46,200 bases of DNA from Chlamydiia bacterium (lineage in GTDB: Bacteria; Chlamydiota; Chlamydiia; Chlamydiales; JBMOFD01): assembly GCA_049314435.1 (NCBI GenBank), contig JBMOFD010000003.1:1-46200 (forward strand), in the 5' to 3' direction. Shown here in pieces: positions 18,801-26,635 of the stretch. A program made the position numbers and the translations under genes. The notes under the pieces are model-generated. The model made no database searches, was not told the origin of the DNA, and saw only the letters and a program-made list of their open reading frames with translations. Positions within the stretch are counted from its first letter, which is position 1. Each line of letters begins with the position of its first letter.

Positions 18801-20963
18801 GGCCACTAGGCTGCCAAACTCTTCGAGACGCTCTTGGCTTGGTGATTGGGCCAGCAGCTTCCTATATTGGCTCTCTAGTTTCCTGCTCAGAAAGGCATAG
18901 GCTCCTTTCACTCGTTCAGGCTGCTGGGCATCGGAGAGCTCATCGAGTAGAGTTTCCAGGGCTTGCCCCTTCTCCGCCGCGTCCGCTTCACTCATGCTGG
19001 CATATTCTAGAAACTGTGAGCCGAGGAGGTGTCGGATCAGCTCCTTAGGCTCCTCTTTGAGCAACGTGGAGCTAGTCAGTTCGCTGGGAACTGGGTGTCG
19101 CACCATACCGCTATGAGAGGTTGCCAAGGCCTGTTTTAGCTGATCGATCGGCCCCACCCAGCAGGTTCGTTTTTGTGGATCGACCACCATCCCCTCTGAT
19201 GGGTTGAGGAGGGGGGGGCGTGGCCCGACCAGCACGGGGATCGCGGCTTGTCGAAAGGTCGTTGCTGCATGAGCAGAGGCTCGGCCGGCTTCGTCGCTAT
19301 CGACGATGGCGGCTAGAGGAAGGGCCCCTCTCTTGTCGTCGATGGCGTCGTCAAGGGCCTCCTTCAGCGTCTTACCCACGACCAATTCGGTGGCTGGATC
19401 GCGAATCAAAACGGGTCGTTGATGGCCGGACACCAGGCATTTTTTCATCTGCACGGCCCGTAGTCCAAGAGCCAACGCCCTACGACGGTCTATCCATGCA
19501 CCAGGACCTGAATCGGGATGAACAATAGGGCGAGCTTGGACGACATAGAGATGCTGCGTTTGCCGATCGAGGACAAATTCAAGATCCATGGGTCGTCCGT
19601 AGAACTCCGCTGCCTGTCGCGCGACCTTGTCGATGAGGGTCAGATTCCTAGCGGATAGAGTAGGTTGATCCCAGATGGCTGCAGGGTTGGACTGAAGCCC
19701 CATGTTCGGAATACCCCCAGGTCCGGTCTCGAGGGGCCCGACCTGAAGCTCTTTAGAACGAATGACGCTATATCTCGCCCCATCATCCAGGCAGTAGTAG
19801 GTGTCAGCGGGAGCTAGGGCGTCAACGACTCCAGATCCATGACCAAAGCAGGCATCGATGACCACGACCCCTGGCGTGGGTCCTTGCGGCTCCCTGGTGA
19901 ATACGACGCCGCTTGCGTAGCGGCCATGGGTCGCCTCGCCTGGGACCGCTCCGATCATCCTTTGTATCAGGATAGGTATGAATGGTTCCGCGTCTAAAGG
20001 CACTCCCGCGACTTGCTGCTGCTGTAACGACTGGTCATTCATGTAGGAGGAGGCGACCTCTGCGATGGCATGTGCCATCGCCTCTGCCGTCGGTGGAACC
20101 CAGGACACACTCTCATTTCCACCGGCGTTGGCCGTCTCTTCGGTATCTTCACGCCCGGTAGAACGGACCATCCAGCAGCTGGTTGCGTCATAAGAGGCGG
20201 TGAGAAAGGGCTTCAAGCCCAAGGCCTCGATGGTACGATCCGGATTCCTCGTGAAGGCGTCCCGAAATTTGGCTTGAAGTTGCTGGAGTTTCGGAAAATC
20301 GATCGGTGCAGACCGTAAGGCTTGCTTGTAGTCCTCCCGCCAACCTGGGATCGCTTCATCAAGAAAGGAGGCCATGATGGCATGGCGGATGGGAATGACT
20401 TGCGGAACGGATACGCCCGTCTTATGGAAGGCTTGTTCCCACAACAGCATGTTGGCAGCCTTATATCCATAGGATGAGGCGAAGACCTCTAGGAAGAATT
20501 GTCCAGCATGTTCAGGATCTTGTTCCTGGCAGACGCGCCACAGTTCTTTAGCCAGGGCAGGTACACCCCTAGGGTCACCTCTAAGAGCATGTAACTGTTG
20601 GTACAGCTTCTGAGCCCGCAGGAGGATAGGAGAGAGTCCTGCCTGGCCCTTCGGTGACACGTCCCTACCCGAAAGAGAAGCTGTGCCCATTGAAGAGGAA
20701 CTCCCACCAAAAAACGACCGAAATAGTCGGCCAAGAGCCTGTACCTGTTGGTATAGGCTCTGAACCCGCGGGAGAAGAGGGAAGGGTCCCACTTGGGTTT
20801 GAGGCGTTACGTCCCTATCCGAGAGAGGCGCTGTGCCCGTTGAATAGGAACCCCCACCAAAAAACGACTGAAAGAGCCGGCTTGTCTCCGATGAGGTACC
20901 CCCGGTCTCGCTCCTCGCTGACGGAGCTAGTGGGGACTTCCGCCGTTCAACTGGATTGGACAC
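15894..20963 (-). CDS. Large PEP/pyruvate-binding (PPDK_N ATP-grasp) plus phosphohistidine-domain protein with an unknown C-terminal region; candidate secreted dikinase
   Basis: GYKAAN (aa 166-171), VRSTGRED, IQRMI, SGVVFT, GHGSGVV, PMDLEF, VVQARPI (to aa 480), then SAHAATTFRQAAIPVLVG (His565); GTG start with GAGG. Confidence 0.8.
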   Translation of the reverse strand: MSNPVERRKSPLAPSARSETGGTSSETSRLFQSFFGGGSYSTGTAPLSDRDVTPQTQVGPFPLLPRVQSLYQQVQALGRLFRSFFGGSSSSMGTASLSGRDVSPKGQAGLSPILLRAQKLYQQLHALRGDPRGVPALAKELWRVCQEQDPEHAGQFFLEVFASSYGYKAANMLLWEQAFHKTGVSVPQVIPIRHAIMASFLDEAIPGWREDYKQALRSAPIDFPKLQQLQAKFRDAFTRNPDRTIEALGLKPFLTASYDATSCWMVRSTGREDTEETANAGGNESVSWVPPTAEAMAHAIAEVASSYMNDQSLQQQQVAGVPLDAEPFIPILIQRMIGAVPGEATHGRYASGVVFTREPQGPTPGVVVIDACFGHGSGVVDALAPADTYYCLDDGARYSVIRSKELQVGPLETGPGGIPNMGLQSNPAAIWDQPTLSARNLTLIDKVARQAAEFYGRPMDLEFVLDRQTQHLYVVQARPIVHPDSGPGAWIDRRRALALGLRAVQMKKCLVSGHQRPVLIRDPATELVVGKTLKEALDDAIDDKRGALPLAAIVDSDEAGRASAHAATTFRQAAIPVLVGPRPPLLNPSEGMVVDPQKRTCWVGPIDQLKQALATSHSGMVRHPVPSELTSSTLLKEEPKELIRHLLGSQFLEYASMSEADAAEKGQALETLLDELSDAQQPERVKGAYAFLSRKLESQYRKLLAQSPSQERLEEFGSLVAQIEKIGVRALRALERREGSRVALYASWIAALLFQQGGDTSGASLASFLRRPLPTAVIPQNRSQIEAIWGASATTLDKKEQALLLLGNLIVDERLGQQWSPVVEALLLMGPAQTDLLLKLVFDLQHFGLLEQWVEFELEPILRTNNPPKSTVDNLMATMERMKPEISEIAQKLDGWDNLLKSWNQRLYRWEHPSEWGSLWLVFQTDVLKRLHSELLPLIETADRPWLRAAVGHLLERIVDLFDQSVHAVKGIPGGGPEQFGQLARMISGLGTLARGTLSRMAHSGLLPADMENSIRQWAETETAICLDATSPSASRALLFPSAEFNVAQVMADVARPGPHELSPQPESLDDLLTLGHQILLWQARLLRPKAVPPSSSDTMAPSQGSELAQEAQRTRESLEVKNPALERLPLELRKLAAALTDPSRTSWPAQLKSTSATASAFCVDLHIPLACHSANVRLEKKRDTKVPTILVHIKFSGGAGFSRWLEIPNLFRREYGSHMTDATTSNSHCSFVLQLHPLSEGDANKLCEALEDSGMISFGMKPLSRRSEKQAPAKASAAVEPAIIKEFASQFVDWAQARPQTTRPNPDMELVHRLLGFFQRHPEANGALARSLEERFLPELTALEVQALLGVPDDEFPAKKDLLITRLGEDLIDLQNFVDFMVREEKDDRCLQRESALFSQGVRDGFTELFLSLAIEGKLNNLEGHPLRSLKSADVLVNALQSSYEANPERDLDLQLRYGEDAHSYSIEKVMKGLLNHLSKQGNSLTLHSHPELWDSCLQINPDLFLEQAQAVSDSQQTDRLGEFLLDRANVEGFIARLAKHGSKPRRIPWARAQFSIADLFESLVESAARTSPEEVVRRKQQITAFWKKLLIALPGDLANGYVLYKSIKLFELVGSAREFLQQWIPLWLDEIATGNKAALPPFKDIETIFPQDKAPLFWEIFGQELRVRAQSEQAPWMLEFLALIDKT
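20581..20880 (-). repeat. Intragenic tandem duplication, 2 x 150 bp (2 x 50 aa)
   Basis: SRLFQSFFGGGSYSTGTAPLSDRDVTP...QSLYQQVQAL versus GRLFRSFFGGSSSSMGTASLSGRDVSP...QKLYQQLHAL; the DNA units at 20581 and 20731 align without gaps. Confidence 0.9.
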
Positions 20964-21087
20964 GTAGCCTCATACAGAAAGCGATCTGGCTTTGCGCTTT
21001 CTGATATCACATCCAGCTCAAACCGATCCAAGTGACCCCTGGAGGCATTCTTTAGGATGTGTTGTCATTCAGGCTGCACATAGAGGG

Positions 21088-21128
21088 GCCAGGGGGACGA
21101 AGTCCCCCTGGCTAAAGGCTGCAGGCCT
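21088..21128 (+). repeat. Dispersed double-hairpin element, copy B (second hairpin degenerate)
   Basis: GCCAGGGGGAC-GAA-GTCCCCCTGGC; the 19-nt core is identical to copy A; just past the npt stop codon. Confidence 0.65.
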
Positions 21129-21131
21129 GTT

Positions 21132-22727
21132 CTATCGAACAGGCTGGGCCATCGCCTCGGTGGCGAGGGACATGGAGGGCACAGGCACGGGTGCTCGGAC
21201 TGGCTCCTTGGGCGTGGTTAGGGCATGGAACTGCAAGCCTAGAGCACGTGCGGAGACGACCCAGATGCCTAGCACAAATGGCAGGATGAGGGCGATGTAA
21301 GGGGTGCTTGCGGCAATGCTCGAGAAGACCATGAGCAGCCCTGAATGGAGTACCGCACTCCCGGATTTACCGAGTCGAGAACCCACACCATCGATGGCGG
21401 CTTTGCCCTTCAGGCGGCTCTCTCGGCTGAGAGGCACGAAGGCCATCTCCTTCGTTGCATCGAACATTGAGAACTTGGCAGCTCTCGTCAGGCACATCTG
21501 GAGGGTTCCAAAGAGGACCACCATCCAGAGGCTGCTGATATTAAAGTGTGAGACCATCCAGTCGACGATCGGCAGATCTCGGGCAAAGAGGAACCCGAAG
21601 AATCCAATGCTCGTGATGCCGATGATGGCGGGTGTCACCAGGGCTGCAGCGGTCCATCCGAATCGACGGATAGTATTCCCACAGATGAAGAGAGAGGTGA
21701 TCGTTGCCACGATGTCGGTGGCGATCGTCACCTTGCCTTGGAAGGCGCTGTAGTCACTAGGGTTGGGATAGAGCAGTCTGACCTGGTCCTTCCATACCAC
21801 CTCAACAAGGTGGATCGAGAGGTTATAGCAGAGAACGATCGCAGCAATGCAGAGCAGGTAGGGGCTGTTGGCCAGATAGACCATGGTGCTGCGGAGAGAC
21901 ATCTTGACCTTAGGCTGATCCTCATCTTCGGCTTGTTTGGCCGCGATGACGCTATCCTCTCCATGCAGGCCCTCGTTCAAGACATGGCGATGCATCCACC
22001 AGAAGAGAGTGACAACGACCGCTCCAGAGATAAGAACACAGCTATTCATGAGATAGAGTGACTGAGACCAGCCATCACTAGCCCAGGGTATGATGAGCGA
22101 ACCACTGAGGCTCGAGAGACCAATAGAGAGAGCGCCAGCCCCAATCCCCGAGAGGTGAGCTCCTACGCCAAAGATGCCGTAGAACCGTTTCGCCTCACGT
22201 ATCGTGGTCACTTCATTGACGAAGCCCCATAGCAGGACGGAGAGGACAGTGCTACTCCATAGTTCCGCTGTGACGTAGAAGCCAGTCAGCGTCCAGTAGC
22301 GAATCATCGCGACAAATCCCTTGGCGCCCATGGGCAGCATACTCTGCAACCAATCAGCGAAGGCGTCTGGATGGAGGTATTCCCGCAGGGGGTGGAGCAC
22401 AAAGGTGAAGAGGAAGATGAAGCTCAGAAACCCAATCATGATGCCCGAGAAGACCTTCTCTCTCGAATAGCGATGGCTCAGCTTGGTATAGAGAAGGGCC
22501 ATCAAGACAGCAGCCGGAAGTACGGCCCAGATCTTGATGAAGGGAATCGCCTCAGCGCCCGCATGCTGCGCGGTCACAATGAGGGTGTCTTTGGCATTAC
22601 GTAAAATTTGATAGTTGAACGTGACGAGGAAGAACATCGCCAGCATCGGAAGAAGCTTGCGTAGCTCGTGGCCGTGGATCGGCCACAGATAGAGGCGCCA
22701 TTTACTGCTGAATTCCGTGTAAGACAT
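21132..22727 (-). CDS. NTT/TLC family nucleotide transporter (Npt2-like by position and motifs)
   Basis: WPIHGHELRKLLP, ILRNAKDTLIV, AELWS, LWGFVNE, EAKRFY, LVEVVWK, FDATKEMAFVPL, KGKAAIDGVGSRLGKSG; about 12 TM helices. Confidence 0.95.
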   Translation of the reverse strand: MSYTEFSSKWRLYLWPIHGHELRKLLPMLAMFFLVTFNYQILRNAKDTLIVTAQHAGAEAIPFIKIWAVLPAAVLMALLYTKLSHRYSREKVFSGIMIGFLSFIFLFTFVLHPLREYLHPDAFADWLQSMLPMGAKGFVAMIRYWTLTGFYVTAELWSSTVLSVLLWGFVNEVTTIREAKRFYGIFGVGAHLSGIGAGALSIGLSSLSGSLIIPWASDGWSQSLYLMNSCVLISGAVVVTLFWWMHRHVLNEGLHGEDSVIAAKQAEDEDQPKVKMSLRSTMVYLANSPYLLCIAAIVLCYNLSIHLVEVVWKDQVRLLYPNPSDYSAFQGKVTIATDIVATITSLFICGNTIRRFGWTAAALVTPAIIGITSIGFFGFLFARDLPIVDWMVSHFNISSLWMVVLFGTLQMCLTRAAKFSMFDATKEMAFVPLSRESRLKGKAAIDGVGSRLGKSGSAVLHSGLLMVFSSIAASTPYIALILPFVLGIWVVSARALGLQFHALTTPKEPVRAPVPVPSMSLATEAMAQPVR

Positions 22728-23019
22728 CAGTGACTCTCATCTCCTGCTACAGGTGCATGCCAAGACCCAAGACAACACAACTCCGCAGTCACCGAGCTCA
22801 TGGAGCCAGTGCTTATGATTCGATGAAAGGGATGAAAGCGGAGAGGAAGGGGGAGCCAGGAGGCAAAATGGGGAACAGCGAGGACTAGACGCGAGACGCA
22901 CCTTGAGCATCCCCATCGCGCACGATCCAGCCGCCGGGGAGGGGGGCTTCGATCAGTGAGGGGGTGGGCTAAGCTCACGTTTCCTCTTCGGGGCGACAAG
23001 ATCACCGACTGCGCCTTCT

Positions 23020-23048
23020 AGTATAGCCTGTTACTGCCTTAACGACAA
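23020..23048 (-). promoter_or_regulatory. Sigma66-type promoter upstream of the nucleotide transporter
   Basis: TTGTCG-17 bp-TATACT on the minus strand, implying a leader of about 285 nt. Confidence 0.55.
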
Positions 23049-23061
23049 CCACATGTAAAAA

Positions 23062-24243
23062 CTATTTTGATAAAACCTCAATCCCAGGGAGAGTCCCGAA
23101 CTCAATGAGCTCCAGGGAGGCTCCTCCTCCTGTTGAGACGTGATCGATCTGATCGGCTACACCAGCGCGTTCTACCACGGCGACCGTGTCGCCTCCTCCA
23201 ACGATGGAGTAGGCAGAGACGCTGGCGAGGAAGCGGGCGACATCAAGGGAGCCCTTGTCAAAGGGGGGATCTTCATAGCGTCCAAGGGGCCCGTTCCAGA
23301 ATACAGTGCGGGCATCAGAGATTTCGCATTCCATTCTTTGGACGGTATTGGGTCCAATATCGAGAGGGCTGGCCACAGGGGGCACGCTTTCTACGGGGCA
23401 GATAAGGGGGTCACTTTGATTGGGCATGCGGCATGAGAGGTCGACGGGGAGGAGGATCTTGCAGCCATGGGCTGCGGCCTCCTGCTCGATCGCTCGGGCG
23501 GTCTCCAGGTGATCCTTCTCGATGGGGGCGGTCCCCATCGAGAGGCCTCGACTGGCTAGGAAAGTTTGAGCCATGACCCCCCCTAGGCAGAGGGTATTGC
23601 ACAGCTGACAAAGGGCATGAAGAACGCCAATTTTGGTGCTCACCTTCGAGCCGCCTAAAATAGCGACTAGAGGCCGACGTGGATTCTGTAGGGCCAGAAG
23701 GGCTTTGACCTCAGCTATCATGAGGTCTCCCGCCACAGCTCGATCTCCGAAGAGTTTGGGTAGTTCGGTGACGGTTGTGTGAGCTCGATGGGCCGTGCCG
23801 AAAGCATCATTCACATAGGCTGTTCCGTAGGAGGCCAGCTGACGAGCCATCGAAGGATCTTGTTCCGGATGCTCCTCTCCAGGTAGGAATCGCACATTCT
23901 CTAGGAGGAGGAGTTCACCAGGACCAAGTTTCTGGCAGGCGGCCTGAGCTTGTGGTCCGACCACCTCGGGCACAAACTCCACAGGTCGATGAAGGAGCTC
24001 GCCCAGCCGCTTGGCAATCGGTGCTAGAGAGAGAGCTGGGTTGGATTTCCCATCGGGTCGGCCGAGGTGGGAGAGGAGGATACAGGAGCCTCCCGCGGCA
24101 AGGATCTTCTGGATGGTGTGAAGAGCGGCGCGTAAGCGATGGTCGTCGAGGATCTTGCCCTGGTCGTCCATGGGGACGTTGAAGTCCACACGCACCAGAA
24201 CGCGCTGGCCAGCGCAGGGCAGCTGCTCCAAGGAACGGATCAT
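23062..24243 (-). CDS. pgk: Phosphoglycerate kinase
   Basis: RVDFNVP, SHLGRP, LLENVRF, NDAFGTAHRAH, GGSKVSTKI, WNGPLG, STGGGASLE. Confidence 0.98.
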   Translation of the reverse strand: MIRSLEQLPCAGQRVLVRVDFNVPMDDQGKILDDHRLRAALHTIQKILAAGGSCILLSHLGRPDGKSNPALSLAPIAKRLGELLHRPVEFVPEVVGPQAQAACQKLGPGELLLLENVRFLPGEEHPEQDPSMARQLASYGTAYVNDAFGTAHRAHTTVTELPKLFGDRAVAGDLMIAEVKALLALQNPRRPLVAILGGSKVSTKIGVLHALCQLCNTLCLGGVMAQTFLASRGLSMGTAPIEKDHLETARAIEQEAAAHGCKILLPVDLSCRMPNQSDPLICPVESVPPVASPLDIGPNTVQRMECEISDARTVFWNGPLGRYEDPPFDKGSLDVARFLASVSAYSIVGGGDTVAVVERAGVADQIDHVSTGGGASLELIEFGTLPGIEVLSK

Positions 24244-24311
24244 CCTTCACCCCCAAGCCCCATTGTTGTAGAGGGGCCGGACGGATTGCAAGAGAAGGAT
24301 GGAGGGCTCAG

Positions 24312-24362
24312 AAACAGAAAGGCATCGGCACCAAGTCCGAGTGGACTCGAGGCCGATGCCTT
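24312..24362 (-). terminator. Intrinsic terminator downstream of the 24408-25664 gene
   Basis: AAGGCATCGGC...GCCGATGCCTT stem followed by a T-rich tract on the minus strand; a second hairpin CTACTGCCG-TTG-CGGCAGTAG lies at 24371-24391. Confidence 0.7.
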
Positions 24363-24407
24363 AAAACTCTCTACTGCCGTTGCGGCAGTAGGAGAGAAGT
24401 CGATGAT

Positions 24408-25664
24408 TTAGTTGACCTGCGCATGGCTACGAGGCCAGGTGAAGAAGTCCTTTACCCATTTCGCTCCAGTTCCTACCCAGGAAGCAGCAGAGCTACCTGC
24501 CTGCTTAACCGCATTGAAGCCTCGGCTAAAAAGACCTGCTGAGCTCTTCTTGGACGATTTGGAGGAGACCTTAGGTGATGCTGAAACTTCCTTTGGACTA
24601 CTTGCCTTGGAACAGCAGCTTGGCAAAGCCCCCTTGAGTCTATCGCGTGCTTTGACTGCATAGCCTTTGGCACATGCACCAGCCCACTTAGCAACGCTCA
24701 GGAGGCCTCTGGCACCATCGACCACAGCAAGCACGATCACATTGAACGCCAGGCCTGAGATGGCTTGGAAGGCCAACTGGACCACGGAGGGAATACCCAA
24801 GTAGACTGCCTTTAAGCTAGCGTCCACGACGTTCGATTCGCGGAATCGCTCAATAGCCTCTCCGCCGGGCAGTGTAAGGAATCCCAGTCCAAGGAGCTGT
24901 TTGAGTTCAAATGCCATGTTGACTAGACGCAGCTTAGGGCCGCCGTGCTCCGGCACGCCCTTGTCGTCTTGATATCGCGCAGCGGCCTCGAGATGTTGTA
25001 GATCTTTGGGGGCATGAACGGGTGCTTGTTCGTCCTGCTCAACGGCTACTTCTACAGCATTCACCTGGTTTGAAAGAGAAGCATCGCCTATGTCGCCAGA
25101 AACCTCATCTTCAGAGTCGATATCCTCCACGTGAGGGAAACTAGCCGGTGCTGACTGACGTCGGCCGCCGCAGACGGGGGCTTCGGCAGAGATCCAGCCT
25201 CTATGCAGCGTCCTAGTCACTTTTGCCTCGGCGTCATCGCCTGCAGTGGTCCCGCCCGCCAAAAAATTACTCGCCACGCCGAAGCTGCTGGAAGAGCCTC
25301 CTTGGTTTTCTAAATCGCTTGGGGGTTTGGGTGAACTCGATCCCTTGGCGTCTAGTGAATCCATTGCACGCTGATCAACCTTGCTGGCCGTGGAGCTTTC
25401 ACAAGCCACGCCAAAGACGGGAGGCTGACTGGAGGATGTCGATGTGGAGATAGCTTTTTGAGAAGCTTCAAAAGCGGCTGCTTGAGAGCGGGCTGCGCGG
25501 TCATGTGCCCGGTCTAGCCTATTTTCGGCCGTTTCGAATGTGAGGTGGACGTAGTTCAGAGCCTGTTGGGTATTGAGAGGCTGGCTAAAGGCGCCCTTAA
25601 TAGTCTGCCCTGCAGAGATGAGGGTCTGCCCCGCAGAGGTGAGGCGTGCGGCGATTCCGTTCAT
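24408..25664 (-). CDS. Ser-rich hypothetical protein with a long hydrophobic segment; candidate Inc or T3SS effector
   Basis: Long ORF (open to GTG at 25712; ATG at 25664 has AGGT upstream), low-complexity S/A-rich and acidic tracts, a hydrophobic block of about 45 aa, its own terminator. Confidence 0.75.
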   Translation of the reverse strand: MNGIAARLTSAGQTLISAGQTIKGAFSQPLNTQQALNYVHLTFETAENRLDRAHDRAARSQAAAFEASQKAISTSTSSSQPPVFGVACESSTASKVDQRAMDSLDAKGSSSPKPPSDLENQGGSSSSFGVASNFLAGGTTAGDDAEAKVTRTLHRGWISAEAPVCGGRRQSAPASFPHVEDIDSEDEVSGDIGDASLSNQVNAVEVAVEQDEQAPVHAPKDLQHLEAAARYQDDKGVPEHGGPKLRLVNMAFELKQLLGLGFLTLPGGEAIERFRESNVVDASLKAVYLGIPSVVQLAFQAISGLAFNVIVLAVVDGARGLLSVAKWAGACAKGYAVKARDRLKGALPSCCSKASSPKEVSASPKVSSKSSKKSSAGLFSRGFNAVKQAGSSAASWVGTGAKWVKDFFTWPRSHAQVN

Positions 25665-25801
25665 ATTAAAAATACCTGGTTCGGATGGCTTTCTTGACGT
25701 CGAGTCTAGCACCCGCCCTTGGCGTTCATCAACTCTTTACCATTCCTTAGAGACAGGTTTGCACTGAGACTCACAGAAGTTTACACAAAAGGGGCGTTCG
25801 G

Positions 25802-25848
25802 TTGGTCTTAATCGATGGGCAGAGAGGTGCGCCATCGATCAGGACCAA
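25802..25848. terminator. Long hairpin downstream of dnaQ, possible terminator
   Basis: TTGGTCTTAATCGATGG / CCATCGATCAGGACCAA inverted repeat, 20 nt after the dnaQ stop; no clean U tract. Confidence 0.45.
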
Positions 25849-25867
25849 TAGTTCCTTGAGGAACACC

Positions 25868-26635
25868 CTATTGGGTGGCGTCGAGGTCGAATTGCTTAAA
25901 AGGGTTGGATTGAGCACCGAAGTCTACGCTGGAGTTGCGGCGCTTCAGTTCGGAACGAATGGAGAAGAGAAGATCTTCATCGAAGTCCTGACGAGCGGCC
26001 CACTGCAGGTAGGCCACGGGCACTTCTTTGAAGAGAAGCCCCTTGTGCTTCCCAAGAGGCATCCGACGCATCTGGATGGGCCGACTCAGTGAGTGGCGGA
26101 TTTCATGCAGCGTCCGGAAACGCTGGGTCAGTTTGCGGAACACCTGCATGTTCACCACCACGTCTGAAAGGGCTCGATGGGCTCCTTCAGAGGGTAAATT
26201 GAAGTGCTGACGTAGCTTCTCCAAGCTATTTTCTGGACTCTCACCATACAGGCGAGCCAGGCGCAGCGTATCGAGGAACGTACGTTCCTTCCATGGACTG
26301 GGTTGCGTGGCTCGGACACTTTCGTGATGAAGGATGGCGAGATCAAAGGGGATGCCATGCCCCACTACGACGCAGTCGCCTACTAAGTCTCGTAGTGTAG
26401 GCAGGATCAGCTCGATGGCGGGCTTACCCGCAACCATCGCATCCATGATGTGATGGATGGCCGACGAGCTGGGAGGAATCGCCATCCCCGGATCGATGAG
26501 CGAGTCATACTGCTCTAGGATCTCCTCCCCTCGGAACTTGATCAGAGCCACTTCGATCACCCGATCGGTTCTTGGTTCTAGCCCCGTGGTTTCACAGTCC
26601 AGACAGACAAAGATTTCTTCATCAAGAGGGCGCAT
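25868..26635 (-). CDS. dnaQ: DEDDh 3'-5' exonuclease, DNA polymerase III epsilon-like
   Basis: CLDCETTGL, GHGIPFD, DTLRLAR, AHRALSDV, plus C-terminal MPLGKHKG...YLQW module; ATG at 26635. Confidence 0.9.
   Translation of the reverse strand: MRPLDEEIFVCLDCETTGLEPRTDRVIEVALIKFRGEEILEQYDSLIDPGMAIPPSSSAIHHIMDAMVAGKPAIELILPTLRDLVGDCVVVGHGIPFDLAILHHESVRATQPSPWKERTFLDTLRLARLYGESPENSLEKLRQHFNLPSEGAHRALSDVVVNMQVFRKLTQRFRTLHEIRHSLSRPIQMRRMPLGKHKGLLFKEVPVAYLQWAARQDFDEDLLFSIRSELKRRNSSVDFGAQSNPFKQFDLDATQ

Noticed and set aside
20581..20880. Direct repeat considered as a CRISPR array or mobile-element end
   Set aside because: Only two 150-bp in-frame coding units with no spacers; no cas, transposase or integrase gene in the window
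22727..23005. 92-aa ORF upstream of npt as a stand-alone protein gene
   Set aside because: No SD, atypical composition, no motif; kept only as a possible regulatory uORF
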